This document shows, piece by piece, positions 13,798-23,617 of a stretch of DNA of 64,000 nt. Within the stretch, counting starts at the first letter, position 1. The number at the start of each line of letters is the position of its first letter. The notes beneath the pieces were generated by a model. It saw only the letters and a list, made by a program, of their open reading frames with translations. It was not told the DNA's origin and ran no database searches. Position numbers and translations under genes: made by a program. The stretch is from Candidatus Vogelbacteria bacterium (GTDB lineage Bacteria > Patescibacteriota > Minisyncoccia > Phycocordibacterales > XYD1-FULL-46-19), in NCBI GenBank assembly GCA_903864935.1, contig CAIPHT010000005.1, positions 9,867-73,866 of the forward strand. Reading direction: 5' to 3'.

Positions 13798-15792
13798 CTA
13801 GAACCAGATCTTGAGCAGGAGCGGGATGATCAAGAGGGCGACAATATTTAAGATTTTGATCATTGGGTTGATGGCGGGACCGGCGGTATCCTTGTAAGGA
13901 TCACCCACGGTGTCACCAGTAACGGCGGCTTTGTGCGCATCGCTACCTTTGCCACCAAAATTACCTAACTCGATGTACTTCTTAGCATTATCCCAAGCCC
14001 CACCACCAGAGGTCATCGAGATAGCGACGAAGAGACCCGTTACAATACTACCCACCAAGAGGCCACCCAAGGCAACTGGGCCAAGGATTAACCCAACAAG
14101 GACAGGAGCGAGAACGGGGATAAGGGCAGGGATAATCATCTGTCTGAGAGCAGCCGAGGTCACAATGTCGACAGCCTTGGCATAATCAGGCTTGGCGGTG
14201 CCAGCCATAATACCAGGAATCTCGCGGAATTGACGACGAACTTCCTCCACAACTTCGCCAGCGGCTTTGCCCACGGCCTCCATGGAGAGGGCGGCAAAAT
14301 AATAAGGGAGAAGTCCTCCAATGAAGAGGCCAACAATAACTTTAGGATCAGAGAGGGAGAAAGCAAGGTTGCCAGCTTCTTGAGTGTAAGAGGCGAAGAG
14401 GACAAGTGCCGCGAGACCAGCCGAACCAATGGCATAACCCTTGGTGACGGCCTTGGTGGTGTTGCCCACGGCATCAAGCGGGTCGGTAACATTGCGAACT
14501 TCTTCAGGCAACTCGGCCATCTCGGCAATACCACCGGCATTGTCGGTGATTGGACCATAGGCATCGATGGCAACAATAATACCAGCCATCGAGAGCATGC
14601 TCATGGCGGCAATCGCGATACCGTAGAGTCCGGCGAGATCATAGGCGGCTAAGATACCAATAACGATGGAGATAAGAGGGAGAGCGGTCGACTTCATCGA
14701 CATGGCGAGGCCTTGGATAATGTTGGTGCCGTGACCAGAGACAGAAGCCTTGGCAATGGACTGGACAGGATAATACTTGGTAGAGGTGTAGTACTCAGTA
14801 ATGATAACGAGAGCGCCAGTGACAAGGAGTCCCACAATAGCTGAACCAAAGAGGGCGGCGACTGGATAGAGACCGTTACTTCCCATCATCAGGTCGGTGA
14901 TGAAGTAGAAGGCGACAGCTGAGATGAGTCCAGAGGCGATAAGTCCCTTATAGAGAGCCCCCATAATATTCTCTGATTTGCCCATCTTTACAAACCAGGT
15001 ACCAATAATTGAGGAAATAATAGCCGCACCACCTAAGACGAGAGGGTAAGTAATGGCAATGCTCCCCGCTTTGAAGAGGGAGAGACCAATAATCATACAA
15101 GCAATAGTGGTAACAGCGTAGGTTTCGAAGAGGTCGGCAGCCATACCAGCACAGTCACCAACGTTGTCACCAACGTTGTCAGCAATAACCCCAGGGTTAC
15201 GAGGATCATCTTCGGGAATGCCAGCCTCAACTTTACCGACGAGGTCAGTACCAACATCAGCGGCTTTGGTAAAGATACCGCCACCGAGACGAGCGAAGAT
15301 AGAGATTAAAGAGGCGCCGAAGCCAAGACCAATTAAAGAGGCGACATCCTTGGTGATGGCGTAGAAGCCGGTAACACCCAAGAGAGCGAGACCAACGACA
15401 AGGAGGCCAGTAACTGACCCGCCACGGAAGGCGAGTTTGAGAGCGGCATCTAAACCATCACGGGCGGCCTCGGTGGTGCGCACGTTGGTGCGAACCGAGA
15501 CATTCATCCCGATATAGCCAGTCGCGGCGGAGAGAAGGGCCCCAACCAAGAAGCCAATGGCCAAAGTTAAGCCGAGGGCGACCCAAAGGATAACAAAAAG
15601 GATGGCCGCAATGATGGCAATCGTCTTGTATTGACGATTGAGATAGGCGCTTGCGCCTTGCTGAATAGCGAGGGCAATCTCTTGCATGCGAGCGTTGCCG
15701 GCCGGCTTCTTCATGATCAAACTGGCCAAAAAGAGACCATAAACGATGGCCAAAATGGCGGTCACGAGAGCAAAAATGATGTATGGATCCAT
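13798..15792 (-). CDS. hppA: membrane-bound proton/sodium-translocating pyrophosphatase
   Basis: 664 aa polytopic protein with signature [21 protein letters not shown] and multiple conserved acidic loops ([24 protein letters not shown]). Confidence 0.9.
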   Translation of the reverse strand: MDPYIIFALVTAILAIVYGLFLASLIMKKPAGNARMQEIALAIQQGASAYLNRQYKTIAIIAAILFVILWVALGLTLAIGFLVGALLSAATGYIGMNVSVRTNVRTTEAARDGLDAALKLAFRGGSVTGLLVVGLALLGVTGFYAITKDVASLIGLGFGASLISIFARLGGGIFTKAADVGTDLVGKVEAGIPEDDPRNPGVIADNVGDNVGDCAGMAADLFETYAVTTIACMIIGLSLFKAGSIAITYPLVLGGAAIISSIIGTWFVKMGKSENIMGALYKGLIASGLISAVAFYFITDLMMGSNGLYPVAALFGSAIVGLLVTGALVIITEYYTSTKYYPVQSIAKASVSGHGTNIIQGLAMSMKSTALPLISIVIGILAAYDLAGLYGIAIAAMSMLSMAGIIVAIDAYGPITDNAGGIAEMAELPEEVRNVTDPLDAVGNTTKAVTKGYAIGSAGLAALVLFASYTQEAGNLAFSLSDPKVIVGLFIGGLLPYYFAALSMEAVGKAAGEVVEEVRRQFREIPGIMAGTAKPDYAKAVDIVTSAALRQMIIPALIPVLAPVLVGLILGPVALGGLLVGSIVTGLFVAISMTSGGGAWDNAKKYIELGNFGGKGSDAHKAAVTGDTVGDPYKDTAGPAINPMIKILNIVALLIIPLLLKIWF

Positions 15793-15913
15793 AAAAATTT
15801 ATAATTAATAATTGCTAAATAATGGCTATATACTAACATATTTTGGCTTTTTGGCTAGTTTATGCTAATAATTAAGTCAGGTCTGAACACTCTAGAGAGA
15901 AAGGAATAACAAG

Positions 15914-16132
15914 ATGTTTTATGTTGGTTGCGCCTCTAAAAAATGGGAGGAAATGACTTCTGCGGAGAGGCTGCAAGCTCTCCGTCGGGATAGTTACGCT
16001 GATCCGATGCCGACACCAGAAGGAGTCTGCGGAATTTGCTTTGAAACGAGTGAGGATCGTGACAAGTTTCGCTCGTCTCGTGCCCAGGAATACCAAGATA
16101 AACTTGACGACGAGGAGAGAGCCAATTTGTAG
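15914..16132 (+). CDS. small hypothetical protein (72 aa)
   Basis: RBS GAAAGGAA upstream, followed by two tandem terminators (16138-16195 and 16205-16240). No domain recognised. Confidence 0.4.
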   Translation: MFYVGCASKKWEEMTSAERLQALRRDSYADPMPTPEGVCGICFETSEDRDKFRSSRAQEYQDKLDDEERANL

Positions 16133-16261
16133 CTCTGCCCGCTTCGTGCAACAGCAAAGCCCCTCTGTCTGTACGAAGCGGGTTTTTGTTTTAGCAAGAA
16201 AGCAAAAAGCTGTCGGATCTGGCTCGACAGCTTTTTTGGGTGGACAGTTTTCCGTTTCTAA

Positions 16262-16909
16262 TTAATTAGTGGTGCGGAAGGAAGCTGGCCAAGTGACACT
16301 CACATTACCCTGTTGATCGGTGGAGTAGATCAAGTAGTAATAAGTAGTGTTGGATTGAAGACCGGAGAGGCTCACGCCTTGGAAGTTGCGATAATTAGAG
16401 TCAGTTCGCGCAATGTTACCGCTAACATCAACAGAGTTTGGATGCTCGTAGGTGGTAAGGGGGCTAGTGCTGTAGTAGACCTGGCCCTTAGCACTCTCGT
16501 TGGTCATCCAGCTAACAACAGCATTATTGCTATTGGTGCTGATGCCGACATTGCTGATAAGTGGAGCCGAACCAGTTGTCCCACTTCCACTACCATCATC
16601 ATTGGCCATCTTGTCGTTAAGAACGGGGAGGGTGGCGGGTCCAACACGACCAACTGAAGGAAGGCCATTGGCACTCTGGAAGTTGGCCACGGCCGACTTG
16701 GTCAAGAAACCGAAGTAGCTGGTAACCAAACCTTGAGGGTAGATAGTTGGATCTTCTGCAAGATAACTTTGCATAGCACCAACATCAGAGCCAGACATTC
16801 CCACTTCGAGCTGGCGATTTATTGCGGCGGCTGAAGCTGTGGCAGGGGAGCTCATTAAGAAGAGGGCCATAAGCATTAAGCCGGTTCCGAAAATTAAAGT
16901 TTTTGTCAT
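16262..16909 (-). CDS. secreted protein with a peptidoglycan-binding (PG_binding_1-like) domain and an FN3-like domain
   Basis: Signal peptide MTKTLIFGTGLMLMALFLMSSPATASA. Then LEVGMSGSDVGAMQSYLAE...GLVTSYFGFLTKSAVANFQSANGLPSVGRVGPATLPVL, which is PG-binding-like. Then a beta-rich ...YYYLIYSTDQQGN... FN3-like region. Confidence 0.6.
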   Translation of the reverse strand: MTKTLIFGTGLMLMALFLMSSPATASAAAINRQLEVGMSGSDVGAMQSYLAEDPTIYPQGLVTSYFGFLTKSAVANFQSANGLPSVGRVGPATLPVLNDKMANDDGSGSGTTGSAPLISNVGISTNSNNAVVSWMTNESAKGQVYYSTSPLTTYEHPNSVDVSGNIARTDSNYRNFQGVSLSGLQSNTTYYYLIYSTDQQGNVSVTWPASFRTTN

Positions 16910-17205
16910 AATATTTTATTTTAAGTTATTTTTTATTTACTGGTATGAATATTCGACCTTATATCTCATACCTCCATTTGCTACGTACCTGATGCCGTGG
17001 CTTGCCCGAAAAAATTACAGACCCCATTACAAATTAGGGATAAACTTTTTACTATGCTAGGCTTAATATCTCAGCAATAACTCTATTTTAGTGGTCTCTT
17101 TTGTAATTAATCTTGTCTCCCACGGCTTCATAAATAGTTAATGTCTCAGGCGTAATATTGAAGACATGACCTCAAAACAAGAAACAGAAAAAAGGCAGGG
17201 GGGTA

Positions 17206-17682
17206 ATGGCCACTGCTCACCACGACTTTGAGAAAGGTCTTAAAGCTCGGGCCTTGTTTAAGGTTCATGACAAGGTTATGAGTGATGACTTAGTCCAAGA
17301 TACTTTTATGAAAACGTGGAGCTATTTGGTAAAAGGAGGCAAAATCGATATGATGAAGGCCTTTCTCTATCATGTTCTCAATAATCTTATTATCGATGAG
17401 TATCGTCGGCACAAGACAAACTCGCTTGAGGTTTTGCTCGAAAAAGGTTTTGAGCCCGCCTCTGATCATTCGCGTATCTTTGAAATTCTTGATGGTAAAG
17501 CAACCATTCTTCTCATCCAACTTTTGCCGGATAAATATCAGAAAGTTGTCCGCATGCGTTACATCCAAGACCTCTCGCTTGATGAGATTGCTGTTCTCAC
17601 CGGAGAAACCAAGAACGCCGTTGCCGTACAATTGCATCGCGGGCTTAAGAAGTTAAGGGACCTGTACGAACACCGTTTTTAG
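17206..17682 (+). CDS. ECF-type sigma-70 family RNA polymerase sigma factor
   Basis: Region 2 (DLVQDTFMKTWSYLV...YHVLNNLIIDEYRR) and region 4 HTH (LPDKYQKVVRMRYIQDLSLDEIAVLTGETKNAVAVQLHRGLKKLR). Confidence 0.75.
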   Translation: MATAHHDFEKGLKARALFKVHDKVMSDDLVQDTFMKTWSYLVKGGKIDMMKAFLYHVLNNLIIDEYRRHKTNSLEVLLEKGFEPASDHSRIFEILDGKATILLIQLLPDKYQKVVRMRYIQDLSLDEIAVLTGETKNAVAVQLHRGLKKLRDLYEHRF

Positions 17683-17732
17683 TTTATAATATCCCAGGGT
17701 TTGTAACTTTTTCTTAAATATGGAGATCGGTC

Positions 17733-17960
17733 ATGACTACGCCCATAGCTATTCACACCAGACTAAAAGATTTGCCCGAGGGCACCCGCTTTAAGATCTC
17801 TGGCTGTCATAGTCGGGGAGTTTTTGTTCGCGTTTGCAACAAAGGAGTCCGAACAGCTTGTTCCGAAGCCTCTGGCCGGGAAGTTGTCCTCCATTTGGAG
17901 AACTTTGTCGACCCTGTCCCGACTTCGGAAGAGGCTCTTGCTCCCACTTTGGTCGAGTAG
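17733..17960 (+). CDS. small hypothetical protein (75 aa) downstream of the ECF sigma factor; possible anti-sigma or partner
   Basis: RBS GGAG 9 nt upstream; Cys/His-containing segment GCHSRGVFVRVCNKGVRTAC; terminator 17970-18015 follows. Confidence 0.4.
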   Translation: MTTPIAIHTRLKDLPEGTRFKISGCHSRGVFVRVCNKGVRTACSEASGREVVLHLENFVDPVPTSEEALAPTLVE

Positions 17961-18133
17961 CCTTCTTACAGAAAATCCCGCACGGCGCGAAGCGCCGTGC
18001 GGGATTCCTTTTTTTGTTCGTAACTATGTCATAGATTGACATAAACAATGTTATTAAGTAGGGTTGGTTTAGAAATCGGTAGGCTTAAGCTGGAATAGGC
18101 CAGCAAGGAGTAGACCGTAGAAAGGACATTGTC

Positions 18134-18874
18134 ATGTCGCTTGATTCGCATATTGCCGCAGATGCCTTCGAAATTGCGAAGGTTATCAAGGCCCTCACTG
18201 AGGGTGTCAAAGACGCTGGGGGTAATCCTGACTTGGACTTGGGATTGCTCTGTGATAAGGAGACGAAGCACGAAGTGGGGAAGTTGATTGCCCGCAAGAT
18301 GTTTCGGGTTTGCTACGAAGCGAAAGTTTCTGCTTTCGGCAAAGAGTTTGACGCAGCCTTCTCTTTTGTTGCGAATCTCCCCAACGTGAAAGGGCAAAAC
18401 TGGCCTGCTTTGACTGATTACAAGACCGAGCCAATCTTTTTGCCCGGAGATCTCCGGGATGGCCAGTTCCGCAGTCTGAAGTTCCTCAGATTTTACCGGG
18501 GGTTCGAACAGCAGCGTGAAGTGCAAAAGGTTCTTGGCTCGGCTGGGTTGAGGCTTGCCTCCTTCGAACAGCTGGCATTGTTTCTTCACGGTCTGGCTGA
18601 TGGCTCGAGTGACCTCATCCTTCCTGAAGAGTTACAACCTGGAGAGGTGAAAAACAGCTCCACTGTGTCCTTTATTTCCGCCGACCATCACTGGGAGGAG
18701 GCCGGTCACTACTGGACGCCGGTCATGTTCAAGAAGGTCTTCTACATCTCGCTCGAAAGCAATGTTAGGACGATGAAGGTTCTCTATGAGCTTCGCCCCT
18801 TTGATCACCAGCGACTCGAAGAGGACAAACCCAACAACCGGACATTCGTGGTTGCGGTCGACAAGGTCGCCTAG
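18134..18874 (+). CDS. hypothetical protein (246 aa), GC-richer
   Basis: Longest ORF in a region with overlapping antisense ORFs; RBS AAAGGA upstream; strong terminator 18878-18916 right after the stop. Confidence 0.45.
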   Translation: MSLDSHIAADAFEIAKVIKALTEGVKDAGGNPDLDLGLLCDKETKHEVGKLIARKMFRVCYEAKVSAFGKEFDAAFSFVANLPNVKGQNWPALTDYKTEPIFLPGDLRDGQFRSLKFLRFYRGFEQQREVQKVLGSAGLRLASFEQLALFLHGLADGSSDLILPEELQPGEVKNSSTVSFISADHHWEEAGHYWTPVMFKKVFYISLESNVRTMKVLYELRPFDHQRLEEDKPNNRTFVVAVDKVA

Positions 18875-18971
18875 TTTTTGTCGCCCCGAGGAGCGTCCCG
18901 CTCCTCGGGGCGTTCTTTGTTTAACGAAAAGCCCCTGGCTCGCGAAGCGAACCAGAGGCTTTATCTTGTTT

Positions 18972-20501
18972 TTATCTCGCGTAATCGATAACTCTTGTTT
19001 CTCTAATGACGGTAATTTTAATTTCGCCAGGATACTTGAGTTCTTGCTCAATTCGCAGAGCAATGTCTCGGGCAATTTTGCGAGCTTCGAGGTCATTAAC
19101 CTCTTCTGGGCGAATGAAGACGCGGATCTCACGACCGGCGGCAATAGCATAAGTTTTCTCAATACCTGAGAAAGAGTTGGCAATGTCTTCAAGGTCCTTC
19201 AAACGCTTAAGATAATTCTCTAGGCTGTCACGACGAGCGCCGGGGCGAGAACCGGAGATGGCGTCGGCCACCTTCACAATCACAGCCTCCAAGCTCTCAT
19301 AAGGATATTCTTCGTGGTGACTCTTCATAGCTGAGACAATCTTAGGGTCAGCACCAAATTTCTCTAAGATGCGCTTGCCAATCTCCACGTGAGTTCCAGG
19401 GATCTCGTGGTCGACGGCTTTGCCCAAGTCATGGAGGAGGGCTCCGGCCTTAGCGACTTGAACATCGGCTCCGAGCTCTTCAGCCAACATGCTGGCCAAG
19501 TGAGCCATCTCAATGGAGTGTTGGAGAACATTCTGACCGTAAGAGGTGCGGAAGTGGAGGCGACCTAAGATGATAAGAACACGAGGGTCAAGATTCAAGA
19601 CACCCACTTCATAAGCGGCCGACTCACCCTTCTCTTTAATAATTTTAGAAATTTCTTCGCGCGCCTTCTCAACTGTCTCTTCAATCTTGGCTGGCTGGAT
19701 ACGGCCATCGGCAATGAGGTTGGTGAGGGCAACTTTGGCAATCTGGCGACGCACTGGGTCGAAGGAGGAGAGGACAATTGAGCCTGGGGTGTCATCAATG
19801 ATAACTTCGACACCGGTTGCTTTCTCGAAGGCGCGGATATTACGTCCTTCTTTACCAATAATCTTGCCCTTTAAGTCATCGGAGGAGATATCAATGATTG
19901 TCGACATCGTCTCAGCGACCGTGGAGGTGGAGAGACGTTGGAGGACAGTGCTCATGGCCTCCTTAGCCTTCTGTTCTAGGCGTTCAGCTCCATCAATCTC
20001 AAATTTCTTAAGACGAGAGAGGATATCCTCTTCGTATTCGCGCTCAGTGACTTTAATTAATTCAGTCTTAGCCTCTTCAATAGAGAGGCGACCTACGCGC
20101 TCGAGCTCCTTCTTCTTAATTTCTTCAGCTTGAGCGAGACGCTCTTTAATCTCTTTAACCTCTTCGATTTTTTTCTTGATCTCTTCAGTTTCACGGTCAA
20201 TATCCCCCTGCCTCTTGTCGAGGAGCTCATCTTTGTTGAGGAGGCGGTCCTCCATCTTCTTGAGCTGGGTCTCTTTTTCTTCGGCCTTAAGCTTGGCTTC
20301 GTTGGTAATTTTGTTGGCTTCTTCTTCGGCCTCGGCGACAATTTTTTGAGCTTTGTCTTTGGCTTCGAGGAAGGCTTGCTTGACCTGCAACTCCATTGAC
20401 CCCTTCTGAGCGGAGAGAATAAGGTAACGCAAAAGATACCCAACGGCGATACCGAGGGCTCCAGCTGCTCCAGCGAGGAGGAATACTATTTTTAAACTCA
20501 T
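18972..20501 (-). CDS. rny: ribonuclease Y
   Basis: N-terminal TM helix, long coiled-coil (EEKETQLKKMEDRLL...), a KH domain, and an HD domain (HSIEMAHLASMLAEELGADVQVAKAGALLHDLGKA). 509 aa. Confidence 0.9.
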   Translation of the reverse strand: MSLKIVFLLAGAAGALGIAVGYLLRYLILSAQKGSMELQVKQAFLEAKDKAQKIVAEAEEEANKITNEAKLKAEEKETQLKKMEDRLLNKDELLDKRQGDIDRETEEIKKKIEEVKEIKERLAQAEEIKKKELERVGRLSIEEAKTELIKVTEREYEEDILSRLKKFEIDGAERLEQKAKEAMSTVLQRLSTSTVAETMSTIIDISSDDLKGKIIGKEGRNIRAFEKATGVEVIIDDTPGSIVLSSFDPVRRQIAKVALTNLIADGRIQPAKIEETVEKAREEISKIIKEKGESAAYEVGVLNLDPRVLIILGRLHFRTSYGQNVLQHSIEMAHLASMLAEELGADVQVAKAGALLHDLGKAVDHEIPGTHVEIGKRILEKFGADPKIVSAMKSHHEEYPYESLEAVIVKVADAISGSRPGARRDSLENYLKRLKDLEDIANSFSGIEKTYAIAAGREIRVFIRPEEVNDLEARKIARDIALRIEQELKYPGEIKITVIRETRVIDYAR

Positions 20502-20751
20502 AAGCGTGCTGCCGCTCGGTATTTTTACACGGTAATTTTAGACAACGAAAGAGAAATCAAGGTTTTTGCCTTAACTTTAAGGGGATTTGAGATGGTAATT
20601 GATTTCTGGGCCATGACCGGTTAGAGACCAAACGGACTTTAGGTTAATGTTTCTAATAAATTTACAACCAATTTGATTTAATATCGAATGACTTAATGAT
20701 ACCACACCCCTCGTCAGACCTCAAGTCCCAAACTTGCTCAGTAAAACAACA

Positions 20752-20797
20752 CAGAAAACCCCTCCAGCGAGGGGTTTTCTGTGTTGTTTAGGCTAAC
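20752..20797. terminator. intrinsic terminator AACAACACAGAAAACCCCTCCAGCGAGGGGTTTTCTGTGTTGTT (near-identical copy at 53963-54003)
   Basis: Long perfect stem GAAAACCCCTC/GAGGGGTTTTC, downstream of clpP on the minus strand. Confidence 0.65.
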
Positions 20798-20809
20798 AAG
20801 GTTGACGGC

Positions 20810-21394
20810 CTACTTTCCCTTGCTCTTAATTATCTCATCGATAATCCCGTATTTTTTGCCTTCTTCGGCCGAGAGATAGAAGTCGCGGTCGAGGTCTTTC
20901 TCGATTTGGGTCTCACTCTGTCCAGTGTTCTTTGCCATTATCTTAGTGAGGTTCTTCTTTGTCTTGATGATATGTTCCGCCGTGATTGCAATGTCGGAGG
21001 CTTGTCCCTCAGTTCCACCGAGTGGTTGGTGAATCATTATCTCGGCATTAGGGAGAGCCAAGCGCTTACCTTTAGCGCCAGAAGAGAGAACCCAAGCCCC
21101 ACCTGAGGCGGCCATGCCCACACAGACAGTGGAGACATCAGGCTTGATATAATTCATTGTATCTATAATAGCGAGGGTTGAAGTGACGGAACCTCCAGGG
21201 GAATTAACATAAAGAGTAATATCCTTAGAGCCATCTTCGGCTGCTAAGAAGAGGAGTTGAGCAATAATGATATTGGCGAGATTGTCATCAATAGCGCCAC
21301 CTAAGAAGACAATGCGGTCCTTCAAGAGGCGTGAATAGATATCGTAGGCGCGTTCGCCTTGAGGGGATTTCTCAATAACGGTTGGGATTAACAT
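20810..21394 (-). CDS. clpP: ATP-dependent Clp protease proteolytic subunit
   Basis: [19 protein letters not shown]...MIHQPLGG with the Ser-His-Asp triad context, 194 aa. Confidence 0.92.
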   Translation of the reverse strand: MLIPTVIEKSPQGERAYDIYSRLLKDRIVFLGGAIDDNLANIIIAQLLFLAAEDGSKDITLYVNSPGGSVTSTLAIIDTMNYIKPDVSTVCVGMAASGGAWVLSSGAKGKRLALPNAEIMIHQPLGGTEGQASDIAITAEHIIKTKKNLTKIMAKNTGQSETQIEKDLDRDFYLSAEEGKKYGIIDEIIKSKGK

Positions 21395-21460
21395 ATTGAA
21401 TAGTATTAAGTAATAAGTAGTAAATAATAAGTTAGATTAAAGCATAAAAAAGACAGATAA

Positions 21461-22216
21461 TCAATTTTGCCAATTTGAGTTCTGGTCGAGAAGTTTCCAG
21501 AGTAAATCAAATTTGTCTCGTTCATCAGAGGCAATATCATCGCTCTCTATGACTATTGTTATTAAATCCTTTTGGCTCGAGGTAATAACTACCTTATTCT
21601 CATAAATCAACATCGCCGTTTTTAACTTATAGTCCTTAGGCAAGAAACGCATTTCTCTTCGCTCCGAGTTATTCATTTTTTTGAATCCGACGCTTGTGTC
21701 GTCGGTGTAGATAGCCCTTATCGAGATATGCCTTTTGACTCTAGTCGGGATATAGTGTTCGAGATCATATTTTTCGCCAACAATGTGGTGGAGCTCTGTG
21801 AGTGATCCAATGTGCCTGAGGGTGATATGGGGCTTTTTAAGCGAATCTTCACAGGCTGTTATGTAACCCTCGCGACCTTCATAATAAGTAATCTTCGGTT
21901 TCTTGTCGGCATTGTTGGCAATTGCCCTCAATTCGGGGATTATTTTTTTTAGATCACCTAAATCTTTCTCGGTTTTAATAAGAAGGGCTTCTGGCTTGGT
22001 GGCGACGAACTTCATCCCACTTTTCATCTTGAAGCTACCCATTAAGCCCCTCTGCTCTAGAGATTTGAAGGTCATATAAGCGGTAGTCTTCTTTAGTTCA
22101 GCCTTTTTGGCCAAATCTGTGATCCCAGAGTCACCCAATTGAAGGGCGGCCATATATAGGGATATCTCTTTATCGGAGAGCCCCATTGATTTTAGAGTTT
22201 GCTGTGCTTCTCTCAT
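21461..22216 (-). CDS. TrmB-family HTH transcriptional regulator (paralog 3)
   Basis: MGLSDKEISLYMAALQLGDSGITDLAKKAELKKTTAYMTFKSLEQRGLM, with the same fold as the other two paralogs. Confidence 0.72.
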   Translation of the reverse strand: MREAQQTLKSMGLSDKEISLYMAALQLGDSGITDLAKKAELKKTTAYMTFKSLEQRGLMGSFKMKSGMKFVATKPEALLIKTEKDLGDLKKIIPELRAIANNADKKPKITYYEGREGYITACEDSLKKPHITLRHIGSLTELHHIVGEKYDLEHYIPTRVKRHISIRAIYTDDTSVGFKKMNNSERREMRFLPKDYKLKTAMLIYENKVVITSSQKDLITIVIESDDIASDERDKFDLLWKLLDQNSNWQN

Positions 22217-22437
22217 TGGGTGTTTTTATTAAAAACGTCGTCTTTTATGACGTCATCATAACACGGTACATAAAATAGTACAAATCTCTTTAATTAGCAA
22301 CATATTTAAGATATTAGAAAATGTCTACTTCCTTTAAATCTAGACATATTTTTTGACCATATCTCAATACTACGACACAATTAAGATATATTATCAAGAG
22401 TTTAATAGTCGTCAGTGCCATTAATTGCTTATAGAAT

Positions 22438-23544
22438 ATGTCTAAATTAACAAAGTGGGTGCTCGGGATCATTGTTCTGGTTTTTGTTGTAGGGGGAATC
22501 TGGTTTTCCTCAAAAGGGGCTTTAGTTTTATCTGATAACGGCCCGATTAAAATTGGTTTTATCTCGGCCTTGTCAGGGGACGGTGCTCTTTGGGGTCAGA
22601 ATGTGAGGACCGGTTTTGACTTTGCCCTAAAGGAGATTAATGATAAGGGTGGAGTAAATGGAAGAAAAATCGAAGTCTATTACGATGATGACAAATGTGA
22701 TGCCACGGCTGGTGTCACGGCCTTCAATAAGGCCGTTGATATTGATAAGTTAAAAATTATAACGGGGTCGGTCTGTTCATCGGTCGCCATGTCTGTTGCC
22801 AAGAAAACTCAAGATAATGACGTTCTTTATATCGCCTCCGGAGCTACCAATCCAGATGTTCCCAAGCAGGGAGATTTAGTCTTCCGCCTTTGGGTATCTG
22901 ACGCTTATGAAGCTAAGGCTATCGCCAACTATGCGACCAAGACATTGGGGTTGAAGAGCTTCGCTATTGCTCATATGAATGACAATCCCGCTGGTCTGGC
23001 TCTAAGAGATGAGTTTAAGACTGTGGCCGTAGCTAATGGTGGTGAAATTAAGGGAATTGAGAGTTTCTCTTCTAAGGAGAGAGATTATAAAACTTCTCTA
23101 ATTAAGTTGATGGCTAGCAAGCCAGATGCTCTCTATCTTGTTACCTTGCCAGAGTCAATGCCGATTATTATTAATCAAGCTCGGGTCCTCGGGTATAAAG
23201 GGGTTATTCTTGCTTATAGCCCGGCTATAGTGGCTGATGGTGTTATCTCTAAGATAAAGAATAAAGATAATCTCTACTACTCGACCCCGATTGAGAAAAA
23301 GGAGACAAATTTCTGGTCTGATTATCGTTCGTCAACCGGGAAAGAGGCTGACATGCTTACCGCTTTGGGCTATGACAGTATGAAGGTTATCGAAGCTGGC
23401 CTCCTAAAGTGTGGGGAAGACAATCAGTGTATAAAAAATTATCTACTTAATCTCAAGGATTACCAAAGTTCAAGAGGAAAATTAAACTTTGACCAGTATG
23501 GGGATTTAACCAACATTGAGTTCAATACGATTAAGGTTAAATAA
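22438..23544 (+). CDS. ABC-transporter periplasmic substrate-binding protein, Leu/Ile/Val-binding (LivJ-like, PBP type I); orphan
   Basis: N-terminal TM/signal, IKIGFISALSGDGALWGQNVRTGFDFALKEINDKGGVNGRKIEVYYDDDKCDA matches the Peripla_BP_6 family. No permease or ATPase genes are adjacent. Confidence 0.72.
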   Translation: MSKLTKWVLGIIVLVFVVGGIWFSSKGALVLSDNGPIKIGFISALSGDGALWGQNVRTGFDFALKEINDKGGVNGRKIEVYYDDDKCDATAGVTAFNKAVDIDKLKIITGSVCSSVAMSVAKKTQDNDVLYIASGATNPDVPKQGDLVFRLWVSDAYEAKAIANYATKTLGLKSFAIAHMNDNPAGLALRDEFKTVAVANGGEIKGIESFSSKERDYKTSLIKLMASKPDALYLVTLPESMPIIINQARVLGYKGVILAYSPAIVADGVISKIKNKDNLYYSTPIEKKETNFWSDYRSSTGKEADMLTALGYDSMKVIEAGLLKCGEDNQCIKNYLLNLKDYQSSRGKLNFDQYGDLTNIEFNTIKVK

Positions 23545-23564
23545 AAATTCTTGTGGCTTAACAA

Positions 23565-23605
23565 AGAACCCCCCCCACGCGACAATTGGTCGCGTGGGGG
23601 GGGTC
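23565..23605. terminator. bidirectional terminator AACCCCCCCCACGCGACAATTGGTCGCGTGGGGGGGGTCTTGTTT
   Basis: Very strong GC stem between convergent genes. Confidence 0.65.
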
Positions 23606-23617
23606 TTGTTTCTCCTT

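Noticed and set aside
14160-14652. Internal ORFs within hppA, fusA, tuf and pilB (for example 14160-14576, 50863-51426, 52922-53467, 28395-28730)
   Set aside because: They are alternative-frame or antisense ORFs inside highly conserved genes and are classic false positives.
18029-19192. Minus-strand ORFs 18029-18589 and 18632-19192 (186 aa each)
   Set aside because: They are antisense to the 18134-18874 plus ORF and to the 3' end of rny, and arise in GC-richer DNA where long spurious ORFs are expected. No RBS or terminator logic supports them. The choice of the plus ORF is itself only moderate confidence.
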